Shown here piece by piece: positions 12,665 through 26,510 of a DNA stretch of 64,000 nucleotides. Numbering within the stretch: position 1 is the stretch's first letter; each line of letters starts with the position of its first letter. A program made the translations under genes and the position numbers. Origin of the DNA: Sphyrna mokarran. Its lineage: Eukaryota. Below the pieces are notes generated by a model. The model ran no database searches and was not told the DNA's origin. It saw only the letters and a list, made by a program, of their open reading frames with translations. The stretch spans positions 40,858,001-40,922,000 of the forward strand of contig JAGIQG010000013.1 of NCBI GenBank assembly GCA_024679065.1. Direction: 5' to 3'.

Positions 12665-14130
12665 AAAGTACTGAAACAGCTCTTATCAAAGTCAGAAATC
12701 ACATTCTATCCTACGTGTGGGATTTTCCAGCCCATTCCACCAATAGTATCCTCTAGTTCCACAGAAGGCCGCTCTCCCGCTGCAGGTTCCCCAGTGGCAG
12801 GAAGGATGAACCACACAAAACGCCACAGACATCGGTGGGATCTTCTGATCCCACCAGCAGCAATGGTGAGCTATCTCCGCTGCCAGAAGTCATGCTGTGG
12901 AGGTGGGAAATCCCACATATGTAACTGTAACAAAGATAAACTTTTCATCTTCATTCTTCTCGACCTGTCTGCAGTCTTTCCATAGTTGACCATACTCTCC
13001 TATTTCAAAGCCTCTTTACTGTCATTTAGCTGGGTGGGCCTGGTCCCAACCACTTCCATTCTTATCTATTGAATCATAGACAGAGAATTACTTTCAATGG
13101 GCTCTCTTTCTGCTCCTGTGGCATTACTTCTGATATCTATCCTTAGTCTCCTCTTTTTTTCTCACCTCCATGCTGCCTGAATGGAATTATCCAAAACCAT
13201 AATGATGGTTTTCACATTTGCAGTAATGACACCAAGCTCCACCTCACCACCATGGCTCCACTACTGTTAATAAACGATCAGACTGCAGGCATTACCTCCA
13301 ATTGAATATTAGAAAGATTGAAACCATTATTTTCATTCCCTGCTCCAAACTGTGTTTCCTAGCTACCAACTCCATTCGTCATCTTGACAACAGTCTGAGT
13401 TTATTCAAAAATGTGTTGTCACATTTGATATCGAGATGAGCTACCAACCTCATATTCATGCTGTCACCAAGACCACATACTTCTACCCTAATAAGGTGAC
13501 TCTATTTTACCTTATCACATCCCATCTTTTTCTGAAGCCCTCATTTGTGCTTTCACTACCTCTTGATGCAACTATGCCAATGCATGTCTGGCTGGTCTCT
13601 CACATTCTACCCTCTGTAAATGCGTGGGCTTCCAAGACACTGCCGTCCATGTGTTAACTGGTAGCAGGTCCCATTTCTCTGACACCCATGTGTTTGTTGA
13701 TCTACATGGGGTCTTGAGCAAGCAGCATTTTGATTTTACAATTCTTACCTCTGATTTGAAATCCCTCCTTGGCCTCAGCATTCCCTATCTCTATAATCTT
13801 TTCCAGCCCACAACACTCTTGAGATGACTGCACTCATCTAATTCTGGCTTCTCGTTCATCCAGTTTTAATTATTTCACTATTTGAGATCATGCACTTTAG
13901 ACGTCTAGGCCCAACATTCCAGAATACCATTCCTCACCTCCCCCTTTAAAACTCACTTTACACACCTTAAAACTTCCTTAAAACTTACCTCTTTGACCCA
14001 CTTCTTGGTCTTCAGAAGTGATGTCTCCTTATGTTGCTTGGGACCACAATTTATTTTATAATGCTTCCATGAAGCACTTTCAGACATTTAAATACATTAA
14101 AGGCGCCAAAAAATAACAATTGTTTTTGTT
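12665..14130 (+). mobile_element. Degenerate L2-clade LINE (RT to 3' end) with an internal MITE
   Basis: STETALIKV and ILLDLSA RT motifs, and an L2-type 3' end. Confidence 0.8.
12715..12918. mobile_element. Short MITE inserted in L2
   Basis: TIRs gtgggattttcc / gggaaatcccac; the L2 frame continues on both sides. Confidence 0.7.
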
Positions 14131-16644
14131 GTCATTCAAAATTATCATATAATTGAAGAATACTAGCGCTTATAATTACTAGGCTTAACCCTTTATGGTG
14201 AATTTAACGCACACTGAATGTGAAAATGTGGCAATTTCATGAAAAGGGAGCTTAAGTGTTTATTTGATGTTTTGTAGAGTGCTGCACTGGAAATTGGCAA
14301 CAAGTTGTAGTGAATCACAATTCATAAGGTATCTCTTCCTCTCTACAGATGACCGTACAGTTTACTTAATAAGTGTGCATTGCTCAAATTGTATTTTTTA
14401 CTTGTCTGGCAATATCTGGCCTATTGTAGCCAATCCTTTGTATTTATTCACATATGGTAAATAATGTTCCTCAAACAAAATAATCTGGTTTGTGCACATC
14501 ATAAACCAGCCTGTTCCTGTGCTAATACGTTCTATGCAGCAATAGACACCATGCCGATATACACAGGCACAGATTATTATGCATGTTCTAATGAGTACTT
14601 CAGAAGAAAAGAACACTGAGTAATGTAGCTGACAGTTGTAGCATTCAAGTTGCTGGTCTTGCTGAGGTCATCTAAGCTTACAAAGATTGGGGATCAAAAC
14701 TGGGACTTTTTTTTGCTCTTTATTCTCTGAATAAATTTGCTGAACCATTAAAAAAACTGCTTAATTGCAGTCTTATATAAAATAATTAAGGTTCACTAGA
14801 ATTTAACTTTTAAGCTTTAAAATATTCTGATTCTAGTAAACTAAATACCACTCTGTTTTAAAAAAACTCCATAAAAATTCATTTGTTTAACTTTGTGCAG
14901 CTAAAACTGAAAATAATTCTGAGCAACAGATTTTCAAGATATATTGTATCTTGCATTAATATTTGAAAGTAGTGTAATGTACATTTTAGTAATTTTCTGA
15001 AAAATGTAGAAATGTATTCCATTGTCAATCTACCAATTCCTACACTGTATATTATGTTAGTAAACATTATTTAAAATTACTGAGGCAAATTCTAAGAATA
15101 TATATCCAGTCAACCTACCCAAATTCCACTATTACATATTGAATACTCTCACTACATGTCAAAAATGGGGAGGGATTTCTCTCAAAGCCAACTGTGATAA
15201 TACTACGTCTTTACAAAATGTATTTTTATTATGTTTCTCTGCATTTTTTTTTCAAACAGGCCCTGATGTTATTGTCGCTGTGATGTCTGAATCGGGGTCC
15301 TCTAATTGCTTCTGAAGTAATATAATGGGCATCTTGTTTATATTTAATCTGGAGTGTCCTGGAGTTTTATGACCACTTTGGAACTGTTCAATGGAGCATG
15401 ATCAACAGATCAGATGTTGGCTTTGGAAAGTTCTTCTTCCACAGGAAAAATCCAAGGTTTCAGTTTAATTTTGTCAGAAGCTGTTTGAACTACACATTGA
15501 AAGCAGTGTTTTCTTGGTTCTCTCCCCATGATAGAATTCCTGCTGTCTATGAATTGCTAGCAAAAAGAAGAGGCAAGCAGTATCTCTATCTCTCGAGGGG
15601 CATTGAAAATTCCAGGACTTGGAAGTTGATGTTTTAATTCAACAATCAAAGGACTAAATCATAACAGGTGTTAAAGAGCTACAATATCCAGCATCACATG
15701 AGCATACTTGCTTCCCATGCCAAGTCTAGAACAGGGTGTATGCTTGTGGGAGTTGTTTGATTTAGAAAAGTATACTTAGCTGTTAATGATTATTGTCTTG
15801 AAAAAATTGTTTTGATTTTTAGAACATTGAACAGGCTCTTTGGCCCACAAGTTGCACTGATTTTCTTATTATAGTTTAACCATGTTCTTAAATAAACTTT
15901 GTTTGATAAAAGCTTCCTAGTGGGTCACTTGAATCATACCTGGAGTGAAACATGTTATGCTCATCTGTGCCAAATTCAAAGTGCAAAATCTATAGTCTAG
16001 GCTGACTTCATAAAATACCTTGGAGCTTCTGGCCTGGGTCATAACAGAAGTAGTCCAGAAGAGGAATGATAAAAGTAAGGAAAATTATTGTAGTTGAATA
16101 ATATAGAAATTTTTCAGTAAAATTGGTTTATCAATAATTTCTTGGGCTTTTATTGCATAAAACTATGTTGAGGGAAGTCAAATTTACCAATTGTTTGTAA
16201 ACTTTGATGATTATCTCTTAACCAATCTGGTTTTCCACATTTAGCAAGAGCTGATAAATGAATCACATTTAGGTAAGATGAAATTAATCACTAGATATTA
16301 GAGGTTGATCCTAGCAGAACAAAGGTGATATTACTGTAGAATAAAATCAGATTGCTAGAGATAGATAAATCATATCTAGATAAAATGCCAATCAAAGTAC
16401 TTTGCCAGGTTTACTAATAAGATTACACTAGCAATCGCATGTCCATAATACTTTTAAATATCAATCAAATAATGGACCAGAATGTTAGAAAAGAAGATTT
16501 ATACTGAAGCAAACACTGCATACATTTCTGCAAAAATAAAAATGACCCATCCAGATGTTGGCAAGATTTATCCATTCAATACACTTATTATTAAGAATTT
16601 AGACATTCTTTCATTCAGACGGGACATCCAAGGCAGCACAGTCC

Positions 16645-17478
16645 TAGATCTGCAGTGGCTTCCTGGATTGACGCACTAGCTTAGACAAATCTAATATTGA
16701 TTTTATAAATAGACCCTGGCAAACTAGTATCCCAATTGGTTCACATCCACCCTAGCTTTACGTTGGAGTAATGACCACAAAATAGGAGTGTCAGCTCTAC
16801 ATCAGAATCCTTTGCAGTTAAACAATATATTGCTGTTGCAGGCTCAGTCACTCCACCCCTTCAACAGCACCTTAAAATTTAACTTGAAGTTTTCAATATC
16901 CTGATGAAGGCAAGAAGGGAATAGACATTACAAAAAGGTAAAGATAATAATAATAGTACACATGCAAGCTTACTTGTTATAGTTTTCTTTAAAACTTGCT
17001 ATTGATTTATTCTTGGGATGTGCCCGTATTTATTGCCTACCCAGTTCTACTTTCCCTAAGCAAGTGATGCATTTTGAACACCATTACAGGCGGTTAACAA
17101 TTCAGTAGGTTGCTGATGCCTTCAGGATCAAGAATGTAGTATAGAAATTGAGTCATGTGTAGGCTAAACTGGGAAGGTTACCTTCTTTAAAGGAGTTTAG
17201 TAAACTAGTTTGTCGTTCTACAACAGCTCACATTAGTGTGTTTTTCCCTGTGCTGCCAGACTGCAATTGATCAATTGCATAATTAAATTTCACATTGTGC
17301 TACATTGAGATTTTAATTCAAGTTCCATATCTACTCCCTGTTCAGTGATTGAGGCCGAGGATATTGCATAAAAAGGATAGCCCAGCTACAGCAATGTTGA
17401 GGCTGCATCAACCACTGTTTTACACATAACTAATGGCTTATGATTTGAAACTATCTTACAAATTGAACTATTTCAGAA
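16645..17478. repeat. Right arm of the 834-bp inverted duplication (probable donor)
   Basis: Reverse complement of 11716-12549. Confidence 0.95.
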
Positions 17479-20400
17479 GATAGTAGCATATTGAATAATT
17501 ATTCTGCTGTAATAATAAATGATGCAGAAAGTTCTTCAAGTATCTTCTTTATATACCGCTCTCTTGATTAGCTACGGTCTATACTGACCTAAAAGAAATG
17601 CAGATGACTTGCCGGTCTCTACCAGAGATACTATGAACCTGAAAGCAGAGAGGTGTGCAAAAAAGACCAGGAATTATCCTTGCACACTTTCCAGTTACAA
17701 TAACCATTGTTTGCCTAATTGAGATCAAATATCTCAGCATAAATCAGAAAAAAAATCAATCCTGTACTCTTTGGACATCTATGGTTTAATATTAAGCTGG
17801 TCAGGGTATTTACCTATTAGACTTGAGCTTACAGGGGTAATCTTTTTGATCACAGAGAAAGCGCATGTCTAGGATAATGAGATTAAAAAATATTGCAGTA
17901 CTGCTTCAAATTATTCTGCTTAACTAAATATAGAAAATTAGCTTTGGGCTTGTTCCTGTCTGAACTATACAGTATTATAATGTTCATATGGCCAGTGTTG
18001 CTTGCTTTATAAGCTGGCCATCTTCTTAATAGCAAAATAAGTGAGCAAACTTCTCACTGTAATTTCTGAATATTCTTAAATTCATATTTCATACTATTCA
18101 TAACATTCATATTAAAACAAATGGTGAATGTACTAAAGGAAATCAGTATTATAATTCTTATCGTATATCATGTTTAAGTACTTTAATCTGATACACCTTC
18201 CAATAATTTCTGTTGGGTCTATTCTACTAAAACGCTTTAATATGTAGATTTTTTACATTATAGATTTTTGTCTTATAAGCCCCCTATACAATATGATTCA
18301 TTCACCCATCTGGTATGTTCAGTTGATGCAAATGCTACATTTGTCAAACAATGCTAATTTGTACTGTTACGGTAAATGGGAATTTTCATGAAATTGGGCC
18401 CAAAGTTAGCCAAAGCAGAACAAAATAAAATTCAATATATTTTAAGCAGACGTTCCTTAGCACAAATAAGTTTATGTGGTCCTTAGCAATGGTTTAAAAA
18501 ATATTGTGCTGAAAATTGGTTTCACTCATGGAGTGACCACACCTCCAATCAAGTCAATGACCATGCCACTGCCAATAATTGGATTAAAGTTTCTTTATTA
18601 GTCACAAGTAAGGCTTACTGCAATGAAGTTCCTGTAAAATTCCCATAGTCGCCATAGTCCGTCACCTTTTCAGGTCTATTCACCTAACCAGCATGCCTTT
18701 CAGAATGTGGGAGAAAACTGGAGCACCCAGAAGAAACTCATGCAGACACAGGGAGAATGTGCAAACTCCACATTGACAATGTCCCAAGTTGGGAATTAAA
18801 CCTAGGTCCCTGGCGCTTTGAAGCAGCAGTGCTAACCAATGTGCTACTGTGTCATCCCAGGTATAACAGAAGAAGAGCCCAGCAATCTACCAAATGGGTT
18901 GCTCTGAATTCCTGGAGATGGAAGAGGTTTTCCACCAGGGATGACAATTGGACATTGAGCAGAGATACCTCTTGAAGAAGATAATAAAACCTTATTATTC
19001 AATAACAGTTATGCAATATCAGAGTCCCAATCTCTGGGAACAAAAATTGGGTTTGATATGTCAGAGAACCCATTGCTGGCTATTTACACCATGCATCAAT
19101 ATGTTAAATATTAACATATAAATGTTAACATATTATTGTTGTTCTGATTCATACTAATCAGGATGGCTATTGTAAGAACATTTGATCAGGATGTATTAAA
19201 GATTCTTAAAAGTAAGTCTTTTTAGATCCAGGGTATGAATGCCCTTCTGAAGTTTTTGAACATGAAAAGATGTTTAATTTAGTAAGGAACTGCTGACTGT
19301 ACATCAATTAAACTAATAAATATCTCTACATAGTTCGTTAAGGTCTGTTTTCAGTTATTTGTAAACAGGCTACTCACAAGAGGTGACCAAACATTCCTAC
19401 TAAAAATACTTATTTTTGTGGAAAATCAATTTAATCTTTATTAATAAATCTGCAACAGGTTACTGCTTTACATACATCAGGAATATTTTATAATGCAAGA
19501 AGGAACATTCTACTATTTGGCCTGATTGTGCAGGCTCACAATCAATTTTGCATTTTTTATTCTGTAGATGAGTTTGAACAATGATTTAATTATTAAAATC
19601 AATTTGGAAAAACTGCACAATTTATGCCTCGATTGTCAACAATGCCCAAAGCAGAAACTCGGCTCATATTATCTACACTGTGCTCATGCATACTGCAGAA
19701 CGGTATAAAAGAAATGGCAGGGGGAGGGAGAATTGTTACATATTTAAGGCAAACTTTTGACTTTGAACTGAATAATTATTGATTGTGTGAAAAGATCCAT
19801 CGATGATGATAACCGTTGGAATTTAATTTCATCTAATTGAGAGTTAAACATTTTCCTTACCTAGATGTGAACTGAATTTATAAGATTCAGAAACCAGTAA
19901 ACCAGTGTTTGGAAACCAGTAAAGTGGATCTGAAGGTTTACACTCTAATGTGAAAAAGCTATTAAAGCTGTTACAGTAAATGTAAAGTCATTTATGAAAT
20001 ATTTAAGAATGTCAAACCTGCTTCTTATTGCATCTAAAATTTTCCAAGCCCTTCCTTATTATAACTAGAAACAAAACAAAAATCCAACTTGGTTAAATTG
20101 TTGCCACTTTTTTTTTCACTGATCAGATTGGAAACTATCCTGACTATGAAACATATTTGATTTATTTTAGCTTTGCAATCTGGGAGATAATGGAAATATC
20201 CTTGCAGCATTCTTCAGCAGGCTGGTCAGGTGACAAACTTGATAAACACTTCATACCAACCTCATTATTAAAAGGAGGTGGCAGTGTTCCAGTTCCTTTA
20301 TTTTCATGTTCTTGATGAATGATAGAAAACATACTACAGCCACTATTATGTTTTTACTGTGAATGCAAAACAACCAATGACGGAAATGGTATCAGAAGAT

Positions 20401-20744
20401 CTCTGCCCATTGTGTTAACCCTTCCTAATTCTAAATACTGCAATGAATATAAGATATCCAATATTGCAGAAGAAAGCAAAGAATTGTAAATTGTGATAAA
20501 GGCATTCTCGATGAAGTGTTTCAAAAAACACAACAACAACTTGCACTTATATAGTACATTAAGACATATAATGCACTATTGTAAAACCTTTCAAGGAACT
20601 TCAGAGGAACATAAATGGATAAAAACTGGCATCAAGCCAACAGAGGAGATATTATGACAGATAACCAATAGCTTGGCCCAAGAGGTTATGAGTGAACATT
20701 GCTAGAATGGACAAATTCAGTAATTTAGGTTAAATTATAAATCT

Positions 20745-21422
20745 TATCATACGTTGGCATCCTATTTGATTCAGATGAGCTTCCAACTTCATATCTACAC
20801 CATCACCAACTTGCCTGTTGCACCTCAATATCATCACCCATCCTCCAACCCTATGCCTGCTCATCTGCTGCTGAACCCATTAAAGACATTGTTACCTGCA
20901 AATCCAATTCCAATGTGCTCCTGGCTAGTCTATCACCTTGCACCATTTGTAAACTTGAGTTCATCCAAAACTCTGTTGCCTATATCCTAGCGTGGACCAG
21001 GTCCCATTCACCTATCAACCCTATGTTAGCTGACCTATGTTGGTTCCTGATCCAGCAACACCTGAATGTTAAAATCTTCATCCTTATCTTCAGATACCTC
21101 TGTGGTCTCAACCCTCCCTATTTCCTAGCTCTACAAACCTCCAAGTTCCTAATGCTTTTCCAATTCTAGTTTAAAATGTAGTCCCAACTTTAATTTTTGC
21201 CCCTAACTAGCTCCTGATTTCTGGAGTTCCCTCCCTAAACCTTTTTGTCTCTCTACCCCTGTCTCCTATGTCAAGACATTCTACAAATGCAACCTGTTTG
21301 ACCAAGCTTTTGATGATTGGCCCGAATATCTCCTTTTGTCAAATCTCGTTTCATAATGTTCTTGTGAAATACCTTGAGAGATTTTACAATGTGAAAAGTG
21401 CTATGTGCACGCAAGTTGTTGT
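20745..21422 (+). mobile_element. L2 LINE 3' fragment; a back-to-back minus-strand L2 tail lies at ~20531-20690
   Basis: IQNSVAYIL...SHSPINPMLADLCW frame, and a caagttgttgt tail. Confidence 0.75.
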
Positions 21423-22470
21423 AATGAGAGGGAACCAAACACTAGTAAGTCTGTCTATTCACAATTTACAGCTATGTTTTACACAAGTGAAAAACATCTG
21501 CAAATCTTTTATTCCAGATGGACATCTGACTGTAGAATCCTAAACACAGATTTGTATGAAATCTTCATCTCTCACTGCTGTGATCTTTTCATTAGCATTT
21601 TCAATTGCCACATAGGTAGCCAATGAATTATGTGATGAGTGAAACCACTCGCCAAATCGAGTAAAATAGGATAACTGCAAGACTGCTACGAACTTAGAGT
21701 CAGACATAAATTGTTAATCCACTTGCCGTAAACAGTACGTTTATACATGGCTGAAAATAATACATTCGTTAAGCATGGGATCACGTTGTTAACGTACCAG
21801 ACGTAACTCAAACAAGGCTTTAAAGGTATCTGCAACATGTTGTATACGATAATCACGGGCTTGCTACTATTAACATATTCAGGTCTGAACCCAAAATTAA
21901 ACTCGGTTCTTCGGCTTTTTCATGATAAATCCTTACCAATGAACCAAGTGTCGCACCAATTAAAAAAATGTTGGAGAAATGAAGTAACTACATACAAACA
22001 ATAATTCCTGGTTTAATAAAACCTACCTACAAACGTGACATGCAGGTGGAAAATACTGCAGTGGAACAATAAGTCACTGTATCAAATGTTGACTAAATTG
22101 TTTTAAAAAAACAAGGAAATTATTCAGCAATGCGGCATGTGTGTGTGGCTAATATTTTCTTTAGAGAGAGATGGATTGTTTAAATATATCCGTGGACCGG
22201 AGGTATCCATTTGTATCTTAAGAGGAGGAAAAAATAAGCCTAAGGGAATGCGAAGACGAAGGAAGTTGCTTTGGATGTCCTCAAGGGGTTGAGGCGCTGT
22301 CAATGAAAACATTAATTCGCACGATAAATATTATTTCTCTTAAATAATCGATTTATTATGTGGGCGAATAATTTAAACAGAGCAAACAAACTTGGGTGGT
22401 GGTGGTGGCGGCGGGGAAGGGTCTGTATGAGACTGATGAGCTTTCATGTTTGCTGCAGTACCCCCGCACA

Positions 22471-22477
<7 letters not shown>

Positions 22478-22502
<25 letters not shown>

Positions 22503-22503
22503 A
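22478..22503. repeat. (CA)13 microsatellite near the 5' end of TSPAN7 intron 1
   Basis: Read directly from the sequence. Confidence 0.95.
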
Positions 22504-22775
22504 GCGACCAGTGCGTCAGTATTAAAGACATCCCCATATCACATACAAAAAAAAACAAGCTTTCTTTTCTAATCACGCCACTGCTGCACTCAGATCCTGT
22601 AAATCTATCTGACCGACACGCACATCAAGGGGACGAGGCGGTCAAACCTGGAGAAGCGGGTTCCAGTATCTCATCTTTTTATTGGTGCCAAGCACAACAA
22701 AATACTAATTATTTTTTCCCTCTTTGTCGCTTCTATTTCGCAGCTGAAGAATAGGAAATAATCAATCGGCCTTAC

Positions 22776-22856
22776 CCAGAAAACGAAGCTGTAGATGATG
22801 AGGAGTGTTTTGAGACACGTTATCACCGGTTTAGTCTCCATTCGCCGCGATGCCAT
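22776..22856 (-). CDS. TSPAN7: Tetraspanin-7, first coding exon (MASRRMETKPVITCLKTLLIIYSFVFW)
   Basis: The 81-nt exon translates to the TSPAN7 N-terminus as recalled for human. ATG at 22856 in ATTATGG context; phase-0 donor TGG|GTAAGG at 22775. Lies next to OTC as in mammals. Confidence 0.97.
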
Positions 22857-23130
22857 AATAATGTATGCGTTCACGCTCCAGTGCCTGTGCTGTAGCCTCC
22901 TCCTCCCGGCGCACGGGAGACTGCAGCACTCCTGTCATTCGGCGGCGGCGCTGCGTCAGCGGACCAATCGCCAAACTCCCATTACATCAGCTCCGCAATG
23001 AGCCCAAAGGCAGCGGCTCCACGCAGGGGACACACAGAGGCAGGGAGAGCCACAGCTTCGCCCTGTGGAGGAGCCGGCCCCAGCACTGAGCTCCGCCACT
23101 AGACCCAACGTGTTGGAGCTGCGCCAGGCG
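22857..23130 (-). promoter_or_regulatory. TSPAN7: TSPAN7 5' UTR and CpG-rich promoter
   Basis: Local GC/CpG enrichment directly upstream of the ATG, a GGC repeat, a CRE-like TGCGTCA at 22952-22958 and CCAAT at 22964-22968. The TSS cannot be determined from sequence. Confidence 0.6.
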
Positions 23131-25411
23131 GAGTGGGTGCAGGTACAAGGGGGAGTCTCTCATTACTGCTGTGATTGATGGCAATCTGACAGGTTCCTTT
23201 ACAGGGAAGAGGGAGGTGGCGCAGCAGCAGCAATGCTGAAAGAGCGAGTTCCAGCAGAAAGGTGCAAGCTAATTTGAGGAAAGCTGTCAGTGAGGGAAGT
23301 AGAAAATATATTGATGCCAGGAAATGGAAGCGAGGCGACAAAGATTTCGGGCTGTGAATGCTGCATTCTCACGTTTTTGCAGGGAAGCCATCGTGCAGAA
23401 TTTGACAGCGCAGAGGCAAACCATTCGACTCAACTGGCTGGTGTTTATCCGCAGGAGTCTCCTTCCCCCCTCCTTCACCTCACCTCATCTACACAACCCT
23501 CTCCCTGATTCCTTCCCCATATCACATTCTAGCTTTTTCTCAAACTGGATTGTGTGTGGAAGTGGAAGAATCGCAATATTTCGGATTTAGTTTTACCAAA
23601 AATAAAATTACTATTCAATAAACATCGGCGAAAAATTTAGAACTATTACAAAGAAAATATAAAGAGAAAAACATTGAAACAGAAATGTGTGTCATTTGCC
23701 GAGGTTAATATTCTTAACTGGTTGAGTAATTCTACCGCTTGTTTGGAAATGGATGAGACGGATATGGTGAAGATATGAATGGACTTCTGGATTGTTGCAC
23801 TCGATTTCGTATACACAAGTAAAATTGGAAGGGGCTCAGAACAAGGAGCACTTAAAAATTATGTTGATAAATGTACAACATTTATCAACATAAATGTAGC
23901 TCTCTTCAGGTAATTCTGAGCGAATACTTAATTCAGAATGATTCAACATGTTGCAACAGATCTTTCAAAATGGTTCTATCTTTGCCTCATTCCTAAATAG
24001 TAACGGCAATTGCATTTTCAAACGTGAATATTCCCTGAAAATTGTCCGTGAAAGAATGACAACTGAAGATTTTTGCCAATGGAAATTTGTATGATTGATG
24101 TCTTGTCCGACCTGTCCTGGATTAGGCAGGATATTCCTGTTGGGAACAAAAACAATTTGCCCAATCTTCTTTAACTCCCACAGTCGGAGGCACTGAATGG
24201 ACACTTCTTGTCCCCCATCACTGATCCCTCACATTTTCCAACGTTGGTCAATTCCAGGACAAATCTCACAAAAGAAAGCAATAAACAGTTAGGCAAATTT
24301 TAATTTCCACACCCTAAATGTTTGAAATATTCGTCTAATTGGAAAGCAAGTTCTTTGCAGGATTCACTTTGATTTTAATTAGTTTCAATATTTCCACTTA
24401 TGTATGTCCATGTATTTAATTCCAGATGTTTCTGAGGCTGGATGGTAGTACTTTTTGTATAGCTTTCCCTTTTCTATGTATTTTGTAAGATATTCACATC
24501 CCTGTGCTCCAGAACATTACCACCACCACCCCCCCACGGATCTTTTTAACATCTCACCCTCAGTCGAAGCGGCTGAAACCAACATTTACTGTGAAAGATT
24601 TGTCAACTTGACGTTATCTCTGCAACGAAGCTGTGTTTACCACTCACTGCATGTACCAGTCATGTGTAGGCTTCTTTGAAGTTTTTACAACGCTGCATTG
24701 AGACAACGCTAAAAATATTTCAAGTATGTAGATAGAAATATTTTATATTGCTGGATTTATAAGAATGACTCATTACTGTGTCACGATGAGTTTTCCCCTT
24801 CCGTGTAAGGAGCAGGTAACTGTCTAATTGCGTATGAACTGTGGAATGTTTGATCTCTTTCAGTCTGATGAAAGATTGCCGAGCTGAGACTCCATTTCAC
24901 TCTTCACAGAATGCTGCCAAAGCTGTTTAGTATTTCCAGTTTTTAAATGTTAGATTTTCAGCATCCAGAGCAATTTGTTTTAATTTCTAACCGGCATCCG
25001 CCCACAGGGATGTTTTTGAGACCGGGAAGCCTGCACTCGGGAGACCGATTTTCCACAACTCACAAGTCAATGCTGTTGTGATGCTCCCCAACTGCTTATC
25101 CTCCGAGCTGTAAACATTTAAATTTCACGGTTAGTCTTTGCGAGATGATGCTAACTGAAAGAGTTTTCAAAAATGATGTCGCATGCATCAATTCTCGAGA
25201 GATGCAATTTATATATTTAGATCCCGACCATTTCAGCAGAAATCTCTGTTCACGGATTGAAACTGAGATTTGATTTACTGCACAGAAATCAAAAGGTTAT
25301 AATCTTCCCGCAAGATTAGTAGATTCCTTCGGTTGTAATTGAAGACCACACTGCCTGGTCACCAGAATTCTAAGATAAAAGGAGAAAACCTCCCTTGATC
25401 ACTATTTATTA

Positions 25412-25479
25412 ACTTTAATCTAGTATTGTGAGACTTCTTACTGTGCCCACCCCAGTCCAATGTTGGCATCTCCACATTA
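25412..25479 (+). mobile_element. 68-bp Penelope-like terminal fragment with a 9-bp TSD
   Basis: Reverse complement of the end at 63644-63710; TATTTATTA at 25403-25411 and 25480-25488. Confidence 0.65.
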
Positions 25480-26426
25480 TATTTATTATTGGGTCGGCAG
25501 TTCTGGGAAAAGTTTTTGACCTTAAGTGTTATTAGTGACTCCACAGAGAGACATATTGCTGAAACATGAGTATGTTAATTGCTACACTAACCACTTATTT
25601 AAGATAATCAGTCAAACTTCTGTGGCTGGATTCCGCACATCCGCACCTTTTCCCCAGCCTTGGGCTGCTGTAGTGAGGATGAACGACCATTGGCTGGAGA
25701 CAGGATCTTCCAGTCCTGCTGGTGTCAATTAGCTTTTCCGTTGTTTATACCCTCTGCTGCCAGGAAACCCATGATTAGGGAGCACTGTTGATTGGACTGG
25801 GCGATTTTGTCTGTGGGAACAGCCAGAAAATTCCACGCATAATGTCACTCATTTACACTTGCTACACTTCCCGTTCTCTGGAAAGCAGAGGAATGTATTC
25901 AAATCTTCATCTTTTCTGAATTATCCCAGAACTTGAGGAACTAATAGAGTAATAGAGTAGCCATTTTTTCTCTCTCCAGTCAATGCTTCAACTGTCAGAA
26001 TTGACTTGCCACCCACCCTTTCCTCTTGTGGTGTAAATTATTGTGATTGTTTGAAATTTGACATTCTTGCAGTTGTCCTGACAAGTACATGACACAAAAC
26101 TTCAACATCATATATTGTTTTTCGGCAGTTTTTTGTTTTTATTTCAGAGTTCCAGCATCTGGAGAAGTTTGTTTTGTAATTTTGTGTTTAAGTCTCAGGA
26201 ATGGGTCTTGCATCTAAAGTCTCTTTTATTTCACGACCATTCATGGGATGTGGGCTTTTGATTCAGAGGCAAGCATGGCACCTTTATGGACATTGTGTAC
26301 TCTCATGCTATAGGATCATGTGGAATTTGTTGTAATTCAGAACGGTGCATTTTTTGCAAGGGACAATTTCCTATTATAAGATAATATCCTATGCATTTGA
26401 CAAAGAAAAGACGCTGTTGAATTAAA

Positions 26427-26510
26427 TTTCTTCTTATTATTCTTAATTCTTAATATTATTTCTTAAGTAATTCTTAATTCTTATTATTCTTAATATTATT
26501 ACTATTCTTA
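26427..26510. repeat. AT-rich degenerate tandem repeat (TTCTTAA/TTATTA units)
   Basis: Read directly from the sequence. Confidence 0.8.

Noticed and set aside
12550-16644. Inversion created by staggered breaks between the 834-bp inverted repeats
   Set aside because: The interrupted CR1 continues at 12550 in the same orientation as before 11716, so the spacer is not inverted.
11716-17478. Large DNA transposon with 834-bp TIRs
   Set aside because: No TSD and no transposase, and the spacer begins with the continuation of the flanking CR1.
1-22775. TSPAN7 exon 2
   Set aside because: No ITGVILLAVG-like coding segment found; intron 1 appears to extend past the left edge.
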